A DNA stretch of 64,000 bases. Origin: Squalus acanthias. Taxonomy: Eukaryota. Below are positions 29,361-44,700 of the stretch, piece by piece; position 1 is the stretch's first letter; the number at the start of each line of letters is the position of its first letter. The notes beneath the pieces were generated by a model. It saw nothing but the letters and a program-made list of their open reading frames with translations, searched no databases and was not told the DNA's origin. Made by a program: the position numbers and the translations under genes. The DNA lies in contig CM059432.1 in the NCBI GenBank assembly GCA_030390025.1, positions 115,012,001-115,076,000 on the forward strand, in the 5' to 3' direction.

Positions 29361-32300
29361 TTTCAGACAACGCGCAGCGCTAACAATCCCGATTTCAGAC
29401 AACGCACAGTGCTAACAATCCCGATTTGAGACAATGCACAGTGCTAACAATCCTGATTTCAGATTAAGCACAGTGCTAACAATCCCGATTTCAGACAACG
29501 CACAGTGCTAACAATCCCGATTTCAGACAACGCACAGTACTAACAATCCCGATTTCAGACAATGCACAGTGCTAACAATCCCGATTTCAGACAGAGCACA
29601 GCGCTAACAATCCCGATTTCAGACAATGCACAGCGCTAACAATCCCAATTTCAGACAACGCACAGTACTAACAATCCCGATTTCAGACAGAGCACAGCGC
29701 TAACAATCCTGATTTCAGACAATGCACAGCGCTAACAATCCCGATTTCAGACAACGCACAGTGCTAACAATCCCGATTTCAGATTAAGCACAGTGCTAAC
29801 AATCCCGATTTCAGACAATGCACAGTGCTAACAATCCCGATTTCAGACAGAGCACAGTACTAACAATCCTGATTTCAGCTTAAGCACAGTGCTAACAATC
29901 CCGATTTCAGACAAAGCACAGTACTAACAATCCCGATTTCAGACAACGCACAGTGCTAACAATCCTGATTTCAGACAACGCACAGTGCTAACAATCCCGA
30001 TTTCAGACAGAGCACAGTGCTAACAATCCCGATTTCAGACAACGCACAGTGCTAACAATCCCGATTTCAGACAACGCACAGCGCTAACAATCCCGATTTC
30101 AGACAGAGCACAGTGCTAACAATCCTGATTTCAGACAACGCACAGTGCTCACAATCCCGATTTCAGACAATGCACAGCGCTAACAATCCCGATTTCAGAC
30201 AAAGCACAGTGCTAACAATCCCGATTTCAGACAATGCACAGTGCTAACAATCCCGATTTCAGATTAAGCACAGTACTAACAATCCCGATTTCAGACAACG
30301 TACAGTGCTAACAATCCTGATTTCAGACAACGCACAGTGCTAACAATCCCGAATTCAGACAGAGCACAGTGCTAACAATCCCGATTTCAGATTATGCACA
30401 GTGCTAACAATCCTGATTTCAGACAACGCACAGTACTAACAATCCCGATTTCAGATTAAGCACAGTGCTAACAATCCCGATTTCAGATTAAGCACAGTGC
30501 TAACAATCCCGATTTCAGATTAAGCACAGTACTAACAATCCCGATTTCAGACAACGCACAGTACTAACAATCCCGATTTCAGATTAAGCACAGTGCTAAC
30601 AATCCCGATTTCAGACAACGCACAGTACTAACAATCCCGATTTCAGATTAAGCACATTACTAACAATCCCGATTTCAGACAACGCACAGTACTAACAATC
30701 CCGATTTCAGATTAAGCACAGTGCTAACAATCCCGATTTCAGACAACGCACAGTACTAACAATCCCGATTTCAGATTAAGCACAGTGCTAACAATCCCGA
30801 TTTCAGATTAAGCACAGTGCTAACAATCCCGATTTCAGACAACGCACAGTACTAACAATCCCGATTTCAGATTAAGCAAAGTACTAACAATCCCGATTTC
30901 AGATTAAGCACAGTGCTAACAATCCCGATTTCAGACAATGCACAGTGCTAACAATCCCGATTTCAGATTAAGCACAGTGCTAACAATCCTGATTTCAGAC
31001 AACGCACAGTACGAACAATCCCAATTTCAGACAACGCACAGTGTTAACAATCCTGATTTCAGACAACGCACAGTACTAACAATCCCGATTTCAGACAACG
31101 CGCAGCGCTAACAATCCCGATTTCAGACAACGCACAGTGCTAACAATCCCGATTTGAGACAATGCACAGTGCTAACAATACTGATTTCAGATTAAGCACA
31201 GTGCTAACAATCCCGATTTCAGACAACGCACAGTGCTAACAATCCCGATTTCAGACAACGCACAGTACTAACAATCCCGATTTCAGACAATGCACAGTGC
31301 TAACAATCCCGATTTCAGACAGAGCACAGCGCTAACAATCCCGATTTCAGACAATGCACAGCGCTAACAATCCCAATTTCAGACAACGCACAGTACTAAC
31401 AATCCCGATTTCAGACAGAGCACAGCGCTAACAATCCTGATTTCAGACAATGCACAGCGCTAACAATCCCGATTTCAGACAACGCACAGTGCTAACAATC
31501 CCGATTTCAGATTAAGCACAGTGCTAACAATCCCGATTTCAGACAATGCACAGTGCTAACAATCCCGATTTCAGACAGAGCACAGTACTAACAATCCTGA
31601 TTTCAGCTTAAGCACAGTGCTAACAATCCCGATTTCAGACAAAGCACAGTACTAACAATCCCGATTTCAGACAACGCACAGTGCTAACAATCCTGATTTC
31701 AGACAACGCACAGTGCTAACAATCCCGATTTCAGACAGAGCACAGTGCTAACAATCCCGATTTCAGACAACGCACAGTGCTAACAATCCCGATTTCAGAC
31801 AACGCACAGCGCTAACAATCCCGATTTCAGACAGAGCACAGTGCTAACAATCCTGATTTCAGACAACGCACAGTGCTAACAATCCCGATTTCAGACAATG
31901 CACAGCGCTAACAATCCCGATTTCAGACAAAGCACAGTGCTAACAATCCCGATTTCAGACAATGCACAGTGCTAACAATCCCGATTTCAGATTAAGCACA
32001 GTACTAACAATCCCGATTTCAGACAACGTACAGTGCTAACAATCCTGATTTCAGACAACGCACAGTACTAACAATCCCAATTTCAGACAATGCACAGCGC
32101 TAACAATCCCGATTTCAGATTAAGCTCAGTGCTAACAATCTCGATTTCAGATTAAGCACAGTGCAAACAATCCCGATTTCAGATTAAGCACAGTGCTAAC
32201 AATCCCGATTTCAGACAACGTACAGTGCTAACAATCTTGATTTCAGACAACGCACAGTACGAACAATCCCAATTTCAGACAACGCACAGTGTTAACAATC

Positions 32301-35300
32301 CTGATTTCAGACAACGCACAGTACTAACAATCCCGATTTCAGACAACGCGCAGCGCTAACAATCCCGATTTCAGACAACGCACAGTGCTAACAATCCCGA
32401 TTTGAGACAATGCACAGTGCTAACAATCCTGATTTCAGATTAAGCACAGTGCTAACAATCCCGATTTCAGACAACGCACAGTGCTAACAATCCCGATTTC
32501 AGACAACGCACAGTACTAACAATCCCGATTTCAGACAATGCACAGTGCTAACAATCCCGATTTCAGACAGAGCACAGCGCTAACAATCCCGATTTCAGAC
32601 AATGCACAGCGCTAACAATCCCAATTTCAGACAACGCACAGTACTAACAATCCCGATTTCAGACAGAGCACAGCGCTAACAATCCTGATTTCAGACAATG
32701 CACAGCGCTAACAATCCCGATTTCAGACAACGCACAGTGCTAACAATCCCGATTTCAGATTAAGCACAGTGCTAACAATCCCGATTTCAGACAATGCACA
32801 GTGCTAACAATCCCGATTTCAGACAGAGCACAGTACTAACAATCCTGATTTCAGCTTAAGCACAGTGCTAACAATCCCGATTTCAGACAAAGCACAGTAC
32901 TAACAATCCCGATTTCAGACAACGCACAGTGCTAACAATCCTGATTTCAGACAACGCACAGTGCTAACAATCCCGATTTCAGACAGAGCACAGTGCTAAC
33001 AATCCCGATTTCAGACAACGCACAGTGCTTACAATCCCGATTTCAGACAACGCACAGCGCTAACAATCCCGATTTCAGACAGAGCACAGTGCTAACAATC
33101 CTGATTTCAGACAACGCACAGTGCTAACAATCCCGATTTCAGACAATGCACAGCGCTAACAATCCCGATTTCAGACAAAGCACAGTGCTAACAATCCCGA
33201 TTTCAGACAATGCACAGTGCTAACAATCCCGATTTCAGATTAAGCACAGTACTAACAATCCCGATTTCAGACAACGTACAGTGCTAACAATCCTGATTTC
33301 AGACAACGCACAGTGCTAACAATCCCGAATTCAGACAGAGCACAGTGCTAACAATCCCGATTTCAGATTATGCACAGTGCTAACAATCCTGATTTCAGAC
33401 AACGCACAGTACTAACAATCCCGATTTCAGATTAAGCACAGTGCTAACAATCCCGATTTCAGATTAAGCACAGTGCTAACAATCCCGATTTCAGATTAAG
33501 CACAGTACTAACAATCCCGATTTCAGACAACGCACAGTACTAACAATCCCGATTTCAGATTAAGCACAGTGCTAACAATCCCGATTTCAGACAACGCACA
33601 GTACTAACAATCCCGATTTCAGATTAAGCACATTACTAACAATCCCGATTTCAGACAACGCACAGTACTAACAATCCCGATTTCAGATTAAGCACAGTGC
33701 TAACAATCCCGATTTCAGACAACGCACAGTACTAACAATCCCGATTTCAGATTAAGCACAGTGCTAACAATCCCGATTTCAGATTAAGCACAGTGCTAAC
33801 AATCCCGATTTCAGACAACGCACAGTACTAACAATCCCGATTTCAGATTAAGCAAAGTACTAACAATCCCGATTTCAGATTAAGCACAGTGCTAACAATC
33901 CCGATTTCAGACAATGCACAGTACTAACAATCCCGATTTCAGATTAAGCACAGTACTAACAATCCCGATTTCAGACAATGCACAGTGCTAACAATCCCGA
34001 TTTCAGATTAAGCACTGTGCTAACAATCCTGATTTCAGACAACGCACAGTACGAACAATCCCAATTTCAGACAACGCACAGTGTTAACAATCCTGATTTC
34101 AGACAACGCACAGTACTAACAATCCCGATTTCAGACAACGCGCAGCGCTAACAATCCCGATTTCAGACAACGCACAGTGCTAACAATCCCGATTTGAGAC
34201 AATGCACAGTGCTAACAATCCTGATTTCAGATTAAGCACAGTGCTAACAATCCCGATTTCAGACAACGCACAGTGCTAACAATCCCGATTTCAGACAACG
34301 CACAGTACTAACAATCCCGATTTCAGACAATGCACAGTGCTAACAATCCCGATTTCAGACAGAGCACAGCGCTAACAATCCCGATTTCAGACAATGCACA
34401 GCGCTAACAATCCCAATTTCAGACAACGCACAGTACTAACAATCCCGATTTCAGACAGAGCACAGCGCTAACAATCCTGATTTCAGACAATGCACAGCGC
34501 TAACAATCCCGATTTCAGACAACGCACAGTGCTAACAATCCCGATTTCAGATTAAGCACAGTGCTAACAATCCCGATTTCAGACAATGCACAGTGCTAAC
34601 AATCCCGATTTCAGACAGAGCACAGTACTAACAATCCTGATTTCAGCTTAAGCACAGTGCTAACAATCCCGATTTCAGACAAAGCACAGTACTAACAATC
34701 CCGATTTCAGACAACGCACAGTGCTAACAATCCTGATTTCAGACAACGCACAGTGCTAACAATCCCGATTTCAGACAGAGCACAGTGCTAACAATCCCGA
34801 TTTCAGACAACGCACAGTGCTAACAATCCCGATTTCAGACAACGCACAGCGCTAACAATCCCGATTTCAGACAGAGCACAGTGCTAACAATCCTGATTTC
34901 AGACAACGCACAGTGCTAACAATCCCGATTTCAGACAATGTACAGCGCTAACAATCCCGATTTCAGACAAAGCACAGTGCTAACAATCCCGATTTCAGAC
35001 AATGCACAGTGCTAACAATCCCGATTTCAGATTAAGCACAGTACTAACAATCCCGATTTCAGACAACGTACAGTGCTAACAATCCTGATTTCAGACAACG
35101 CACAGTGCTAACAATCCCGAATTCAGACAGAGCACAGTGCTAACAATCCCGATTTCAGATTATGCACAGTGCTAACAATCCTGATTTCAGACAACGCACA
35201 GTACTAACAATCCCGATTTCAGATTAAGCACAGTGCTAACAATCCCGATTTCAGATTAAGCACAGTGCTAACAATCCCGATTTCAGATTAAGCACAGTAC

Positions 35301-38300
35301 TAACAATCCCGATTTCAGACAACGCACAGTACTAACAATCCCGATTTCAGATTAAGCACAGTGCTAACAATCCCGATTTCAGACAACGCACAGTACTAAC
35401 AATCCCGATTTCAGATTAAGCACATTACTAACAATCCCGATTTCAGACAACGCACAGTACTAACAATCCCGATTTCAGATTAAGCACAGTGCTAACAATC
35501 CCGATTTCAGACAACGCACAGTACTAACAATCCCGATTTCAGATTAAGCACAGTGCTAACAATCCCGATTTCAGATTAAGCACAGTGCTAACAATCCCGA
35601 TTTCAGATTAAGCACAGTACTAACAATCCCGATTTCAGATTAAGCAAAGTACTAACAATCCCGATTTCAGATTAAGCACAGTGCTAACAATCCCGATTTC
35701 AGACAATGCACAGTACTAACAATCCTGATTTCAGATTAAGCACAGTGCTAACAATCCTGATTTCAGATTAAGCACAGTACTAACAATCCCGATTTCAGAT
35801 TAAGCACAGTGCTAACAATCCCGATTTCAGACAAAGCACAGCGCTAACAATCCTGATTTCAGACAATGCACAGTACTAACAATCCCGATTTCAGATTAAG
35901 CACAGTGCTAACAATCTCGATTTCAGATTAAGCACAGCGCTAACAATCCCGATTTCAGACAATGCACAGTACTAACAATCCCGATTTCAGATTAAGCACA
36001 GCGCTAACAATCCCGATTTCAGACAATGCACAGTACTAACAATCCCGATTTCAGATTAAGCACAGTGCTAACAATCCCGATTTCAGATTAAGCACAGCGC
36101 TAACAATCCCGATTTCAGACAATGCACAGTACTAACAATCCCGATTTCAGATTAAGCACAGTGCTAACAATCCCGATTTCAGATTAAGCACAGTACTAAC
36201 AATCCCGATTTCAGACAATGCACAGTGCTAACAATCCCGATTTCAGATTAAGCACTGTGCTAACAATCCTGATTTCAGACAACGCACAGTACGAACAATC
36301 CCAATTTCAGACAACGCACAGTGTTAACAATCCTGATTTCAGACAACGCACAGTACTAACAATCCCGATTTCAGACAACGCGCAGCGCTAACAATCCCGA
36401 TTTCAGACAACGCACAGTGCTAACAATCCCGATTTGAGACAATGCACAGTGCTAACAATCCTGATTTCAGATTAAGCACAGTGCTAACAATCCCGATTTC
36501 AGACAACGCACAGTGCTAACAATCCCGATTTCAGACAACGCACAGTACTAACAATCCCGATTTCAGACAATGCACAGTGCTAACAATCCCGATTTCAGAC
36601 AGAGCACAGCGCTAACAATCCCGATTTCAGACAATGCACAGCGCTAACAATCCCGATTTCAGACAACGCACAGTACTAACAATCCCGATTTCAGACAGAG
36701 CACAGCGCTAACAATCCTGATTTCAGACAATGCACAGCGCTAACAATCCCGATTTCAGACAACGCACAGTGCTAACAATCCCGATTTCAGATTAAGCACA
36801 GTGCTAACAATCCCGATTTCAGACAATGCACAGTGCTAACAATCCCGATTTCAGACAGAGCACAGTACTAACAATCCTGATTTCAGCTTAAGCACAGTGC
36901 TAACAATCCCGATTTCAGACAAAGCACAGTACTAACAATCCCGATTTCAGACAACGCACAGTGCTAACAATCCTGATTTCAGACAACGCACAGTGCTAAC
37001 AATCCCGATTTCAGACAGAGCACAGTGCTAACAATCCCGATTTCAGACAACGCACAGTGCTAACAATCCCGATTTCAGACAACGCACAGCGCTAACAATC
37101 CCGATTTCAGACAGAGCACAGTGCTAACAATCCTGATTTCAGACAACGCACAGTGCTAACAATCCCGATTTCAGACAATGCACAGCGCTAACAATCCCGA
37201 TTTCAGACAAAGCACAGTGCTAACAATCCCGATTTCAGACAATGCACAGTGCTAACAATCCCGATTTCAGATTAAGCACTGTGCTAACAATCCTGATTTC
37301 AGACAACGCACAGTACGAACAATCCCAATTTCAGACAACGCACAGTGTTAACAATCCTGATTTCAGACAACGCACAGTACTAACAATCCCGATTTCAGAC
37401 AACGCGCAGCGCTAACAATCCCGATTTCAGACAACGCACAGTGCTAACAATCCCGATTTGAGACAATGCACAGTGCTAACAATCCTGATTTCAGATTAAG
37501 CACAGTGCTAACAATCCCGATTTCAGACAACGCACAGTGCTAACAATCCCGATTTCAGACAACGCACAGTACTAACAATCCCGATTTCAGACAATGCACA
37601 GTGCTAACAATCCCGATTTCAGACAGAGCACAGCGCTAACAATCCCGATTTCAGACAATGCACAGCGCTAACAATCCCAATTTCAGACAACGCACAGTAC
37701 TAACAATCCCGATTTCAGACAGAGCACAGCGCTAACAATCCTGATTTCAGACAATGCACAGCGCTAACAATCCCGATTTCAGACAACGCACAGTGCTAAC
37801 AATCCCGATTTCAGATTAAGCACAGTGCTAACAATCCCGATTTCAGACAATGCACAGTGCTAACAATCCCGATTTCAGACAGAGCACAGTACTAACAATC
37901 CTGATTTCAGCTTAAGCACAGTGCTAACAATCCCGATTTCAGACAAAGCACAGTACTAACAATCCCGATTTCAGACAACGCACAGTGCTAACAATCCTGA
38001 TTTCAGACAACGCACAGTGCTAACAATCCCGATTTCAGACAGAGCACAGTGCTAACAATCCCGATTTCAGACAACGCACAGTGCTAACAATCCCGATTTC
38101 AGACAACGCACAGCGCTAACAATCCCGATTTCAGACAGAGCACAGTGCTAACAATCCTGATTTCAGACAACGCACAGTGCTAACAATCCCGATTTCAGAC
38201 AATGTACAGCGCTAACAATCCCGATTTCAGACAAAGCACAGTGCTAACAATCCCGATTTCAGACAATGCACAGTGCTAACAATCCCGATTTCAGATTAAG

Positions 38301-41300
38301 CACAGTACTAACAATCCCGATTTCAGACAACGTACAGTGCTAACAATCCTGATTTCAGACAACGCACAGTGCTAACAATCCCGAATTCAGACAGAGCACA
38401 GTGCTAACAATCCCGATTTCAGATTATGCACAGTGCTAACAATCCTGATTTCAGACAACGCACAGTACTAACAATCCCGATTTCAGATTAAGCACAGTGC
38501 TAACAATCCCGATTTCAGATTAAGCACAGTGCTAACAATCCCGATTTCAGATTAAGCACAGTACTAACAATCCCGATTTCAGACAACGCACAGTACTAAC
38601 AATCCCGATTTCAGATTAAGCACAGTGCTAACAATCCCGATTTCAGACAACGCACAGTACTAACAATCCCGATTTCAGATTAAGCACATTACTAACAATC
38701 CCGATTTCAGACAACGCACAGTACTAACAATCCCGATTTCAGATTAAGCACAGTGCTAACAATCCCGATTTCAGACAACGCACAGTACTAACAATCCCGA
38801 TTTCAGATTAAGCACAGTGCTAACAATCCCGATTTCAGATTAAGCACAGTGCTAACAATCCCGATTTCAGATTAAGCACAGTACTAACAATCCCGATTTC
38901 AGATTAAGCAAAGTACTAACAATCCCGATTTCAGATTAAGCACAGTGCTAACAATCCCGATTTCAGACAATGCACAGTACTAACAATCCTGATTTCAGAT
39001 TAAGCACAGTGCTAACAATCCTGATTTCAGATTAAGCACAGTACTAACAATCCCGATTTCAGATTAAGCACAGTGCTAACAATCCCGATTTCAGACAAAG
39101 CACAGCGCTAACAATCCTGATTTCAGACAATGCACAGTACTAACAATCCCGATTTCAGATTAAGCACAGTGCTAACAATCTCGATTTCAGATTAAGCACA
39201 GCGCTAACAATCCCGATTTCAGACAATGCACAGTACTAACAATCCCGATTTCAGATTAAGCACAGCGCTAACAATCCCGATTTCAGACAATGCACAGTAC
39301 TAACAATCCCGATTTCAGATTAAGCACAGTGCTAACAATCCCGATTTCAGATTAAGCACAGCGCTAACAATCCCGATTTCAGACAATGCACAGTACTAAC
39401 AATCCCGATTTCAGATTAAGCACAGTGCTAACAATCCCGATTTCAGATTAAGCACAGTACTAACAATCCCGATTTCAGACAATGCACAGTGCTAACAATC
39501 CCGATTTCAGATTAAGCACTGTGCTAACAATCCTGATTTCAGACAACGCACAGTACGAACAATCCCAATTTCAGACAACGCACAGTGTTAACAATCCTGA
39601 TTTCAGACAACGCACAGTACTAACAATCCCGATTTCAGACAACGCGCAGCGCTAACAATCCCGATTTCAGACAACGCACAGTGCTAACAATCCCGATTTG
39701 AGACAATGCACAGTGCTAACAATCCTGATTTCAGATTAAGCACAGTGCTAACAATCCCGATTTCAGACAACGCACAGTGCTAACAATCCCGATTTCAGAC
39801 AACGCACAGTACTAACAATCCCGATTTCAGACAATGCACAGTGCTAACAATCCCGATTTCAGACAGAGCACAGCGCTAACAATCCCGATTTCAGACAATG
39901 CACAGCGCTAACAATCCCAATTTCAGACAACGCACAGTACTAACAATCCCGATTTCAGACAGAGCACAGCGCTAACAATCCTGATTTCAGACAATGCACA
40001 GCGCTAACAATCCCGATTTCAGACAACGCACAGTGCTAACAATCCCGATTTCAGATTAAGCACAGTGCTAACAATCCCGATTTCAGACAATGCACAGTGC
40101 TAACAATCCCGATTTCAGACAGAGCACAGTACTAACAATCCTGATTTCAGCTTAAGCACAGTGCTAACAATCCCGATTTCAGACAAAGCACAGTACTAAC
40201 AATCCCGATTTCAGACAACGCACAGTGCTAACAATCCTGATTTCAGACAACGCACAGTGCTAACAATCCCGATTTCAGACAGAGCACAGTGCTAACAATC
40301 CCGATTTCAGACAACGCACAGTGCTAACAATCCCGATTTCAGACAACGCACAGCGCTAACAATCCCGATTTCAGACAGAGCACAGTGCTAACAATCCTGA
40401 TTTCAGACAACGCACAGTGCTAACAATCCCGATTTCAGACAATGTACAGCGCTAACAATCCCGATTTCAGACAAAGCACAGTGCTAACAATCCCGATTTC
40501 AGACAATGCACAGTGCTAACAATCCCGATTTCAGATTAAGCACAGTACTAACAATCCCGATTTCAGACAACGTACAGTGCTAACAATCCTGATTTCAGAC
40601 AACGCACAGTGCTAACAATCCCGAATTCAGACAGAGCACAGTGCTAACAATCCCGATTTCAGATTATGCACAGTGCTAACAATCCTGATTTCAGACAACG
40701 CACAGTACTAACAATCCCGATTTCAGATTAAGCACAGTGCTAACAATCCCGATTTCAGATTAAGCACAGTGCTAACAATCCCGATTTCAGATTAAGCACA
40801 GTACTAACAATCCCGATTTCAGACAACGCACAGTACTAACAATCCCGATTTCAGATTAAGCACAGTGCTAACAATCCCGATTTCAGACAACGCACAGTAC
40901 TAACAATCCCGATTTCAGATTAAGCACATTACTAACAATCCCGATTTCAGACAACGCACAGTACTAACAATCCCGATTTCAGATTAAGCACAGTGCTAAC
41001 AATCCCGATTTCAGACAACGCACAGTACTAACAATCCCGATTTCAGATTAAGCACAGTGCTAACAATCCCGATTTCAGATTAAGCACAGTGCTAACAATC
41101 CCGATTTCAGATTAAGCACAGTACTAACAATCCCGATTTCAGATTAAGCAAAGTACTAACAATCCCGATTTCAGATTAAGCACAGTGCTAACAATCCCGA
41201 TTTCAGACAATGCACAGTACTAACAATCCTGATTTCAGATTAAGCACAGTGCTAACAATCCTGATTTCAGATTAAGCACAGTACTAACAATCCCGATTTC

Positions 41301-41700
41301 AGATTAAGCACAGTGCTAACAATCCCGATTTCAGACAAAGCACAGCGCTAACAATCCTGATTTCAGACAATGCACAGTACTAACAATCCCGATTTCAGAT
41401 TAAGCACAGTGCTAACAATCTCGATTTCAGATTAAGCACAGCGCTAACAATCCCGATTTCAGACAATGCACAGTACTAACAATCCCGATTTCAGATTAAG
41501 CACAGCGCTAACAATCCCGATTTCAGACAATGCACAGTACTAACAATCCCGATTTCAGATTAAGCACAGTGCTAACAATCCCGATTTCAGATTAAGCACA
41601 GCGCTAACAATCCCGATTTCAGACAATGCACAGTACTAACAATCCCGATTTCAGATTAAGCACAGTGCTAACAATCCCGATTTCAGACAAAGCACAGCGC
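29250..41700 (+). repeat. Higher-order repeat domain: 7 copies of a marker cassette, spacing 32-70 monomers
   Basis: GATTTGAG at 29423, 31151, 32399, 34191, 36431, 37455 and 39695 (spacings 54, 39, 56, 70, 32, 70 monomers). Each is preceded by the GTACGAAC, GTGTTAAC and CGCGCAGC variants. Confidence 0.9.
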
Positions 41701-44700
41701 TAACAATCCTGATTTCAGACAATGCACAGTACTAACAATCCCGATTTCAGATTAAGCACAGTGCTAACAATCCCGATTTCAGATTAAGCACAGCGCTAAC
41801 AATCCCGATTTCAGACAAAGCACAGTGCTAACAATCCCGATTTCAGACAATGCACAGTACTAACAATCCCGATTTCAGATTAAGCACAGTGCTAACAATC
41901 CCGATTTCAGATTAAGCACAGCGCTAACAATCCCGATTTCAGACAATGCACAGTGCTAACAATTCCGATTTCAGACAATGCACAGTGCTAACAATCCCGA
42001 TTTCAGACAACGCACAGTGCGAACAATCCCGATTTCAGACAACGCACAGTGCTAACAATCCCGATTTCAGACAATGCACAGTGCTAACAATCCCGATTTC
42101 AGACAATGCACAGTGCTAACAATCCCGATTTCAGACAATGCACAGTGCGAACAATCCCGATTTCAGATTAAGCACAGTGCTAACAATCCCGATTTCAGAC
42201 AAAGCACAGTGCTAACAATCCCGATTTCAGACAATGCACAGTGCTAACAATCCCGATTTCAGATTAAGCACAGTACTAACAATCCCGATTTCAGACAACG
42301 TACAGTGCTAACAATCCTGATTTCAGACAACGCACAGTACTAACAATCCCGATTTCAGACAACGCACAGTACTAACAATCCCGATTTCAGATTAAGCACA
42401 GTGCTAACAATCCCGATTTCAGATTAAGCACAGTGCTAACAATCCCGATTTCAGACAAAGCACAGTGCTAACAATCCCGATTTCAGACAACGCACAGTGC
42501 TAACAATCCTGATTTCAGATTAAGCACAGTGCTAACAATCCTGATTTCAGATTAAGCACAGTGCTAACAATCCCGATTTCAGACAACGCACAGTGCTAAC
42601 AATCCTGATTTCAGATTAAGCACAGTGCTAACAATCCCGATTTCAGACAATGCACAGTGCTAACAATCCCGATTTCAGACAACGCACAGTGCTAACAATC
42701 CTGATTTCAGACAGAGCACAGTGCTAACAATCCCGATTTCAGACAACGCACAGTGCTAACAATCCTGATTTCAGACAACACACAGTGCTAACAATCCCGA
42801 TTTCAGATTAAGCACAGTACTAATAATCCCGATTTCAGACAAAGCACAGTACTAACAATCCCGATTTCAGACAATGCACAGTACTAACAATCCCGATTTC
42901 AGACAATGCACAGTACTAACAATCCCGATTTCAGACAACGCACAGCGCTAACAATCCCGATTTCAGACAACGCACAGTGCTAACAATCCCGATTTCAGAT
43001 AATGCACAGTGCTAACAATCCCGATTTCAGACAACGTACAGTGCTAACAATCCTGATTTCAGACAACGCACAGTGCTAACAATCCCGATTTCAGACAATG
43101 CACAGTGCTAACAATCCTGATTTCAGATTAAGCACAGTGCTAACAATCCCGATTTCAGACAACGCACAGTGCTAACAATCCCGATTTCAGACAGAGCACA
43201 GTGCTAACAATCCCGATTTCAGACAACGCACAGTACTAACAATTACGATTTCAGACAATGCACAGTGCTAACAATCCCGATTTCAGACAGAGCACAGCGC
43301 TAACAATCCCGATTTCAGACAATGCACAGCGCTAACAATCCCGATTTCAGACAACGCACAGTACTAACAATCCCGATTTCAGACAGAGCACAGCGCTAAC
43401 AATCCTGATTTCAGACAATGCACAGCGCTAACAATCCCGATTTCAGACAACGCACAGTGCTAACAATCCCGATTTCAGATTAAGCACAGTGCTAACAATC
43501 CCGATTTCAGACAATGCACAGTGCTAACAATCCCGATTTCAGATTAAGCACAGTGCTAACAATCCCGATTTCAGACAATGCACAGTGCTAACAATCCCGA
43601 TTTCAGACAACGCACAGTACTAACAATCCTGATTTCAGCTTAAGCACAGTGCTAACAATCCCGATTTCAGACAAAGCACAGTACTAACAATCCCGATTTC
43701 AGACAACGCACAGTGCTAACAATCCTGATTTCAGACAACGCACAGTGCTAACAACCCCGATTTCAGACAGAGCACAGTGCTAACAATCCCGATTTCAGAC
43801 AACGCACAGTGCTAACAATCCTGATTTCAGACAACACACAGTGCTAACAATCCCGATTTCAGACAATGCACAGCGCTAACAATCCCGATTTCAGACAAAG
43901 CACAGTGCTAACAATCCCGATTTCAGACAATGCACAGTGCTAACAATCCCGATTTCAGATTAAGCACAGTACTAACAATCCCGATTTCAGACAACGTACA
44001 GTGCTAACAATCCTGATTTCAGACAACGCACAGTGCTAACAATCCCGAATTCAGACAGAGCACAGTGCTAACAATCCCGATTTCAGATTAAGCAGTGCTA
44101 ACAATCCTGATTTCAGACAACGCACAGTACTAACAATCCCGATTTCAGATTAAGCACAGCGCTAACAATCCCGATTTCAGACAGAGCACAGTGCTAACAA
44201 TCCCGATTTCAGATTAAGCACAGTGCTAACAATCCCGATTTCAGATTAAGCACAGTACTAACAATCCCGATTTCAGACAATGCACAGTGCTAACAATCCC
44301 GATTTCAGATTAAGCACAGTGCTAACAATCCCGATTTCAGACAATGCACAGTGCTAACAATCCCGATTTCAGATTAAGCACAGCGCTAACAATCCCGATT
44401 TCAGATTAAGCACAGTGCTAACAATCCCGATTTCAGATTAAGCACAGTGCTAACAATCCCGATTTCAGATTAAGCACAGTGCTAACAATCCCGATTTCAG
44501 ACAATGCACAGTGCTAACAATCCCGATTTCAGACAAAGCACAGTGCTAACAATCCCGATTTCAGACAAAGCACAGTACTAACAATCCCGATTTCAGGTTA
44601 AGCACAGTGCTAACAATCCCGATTTCAGACAAAGCACAGTACTAACAATCCCGATTTCAGGTTAAGCACAGTGCGAACAATCCCGATTTCAGGTTAAGCA

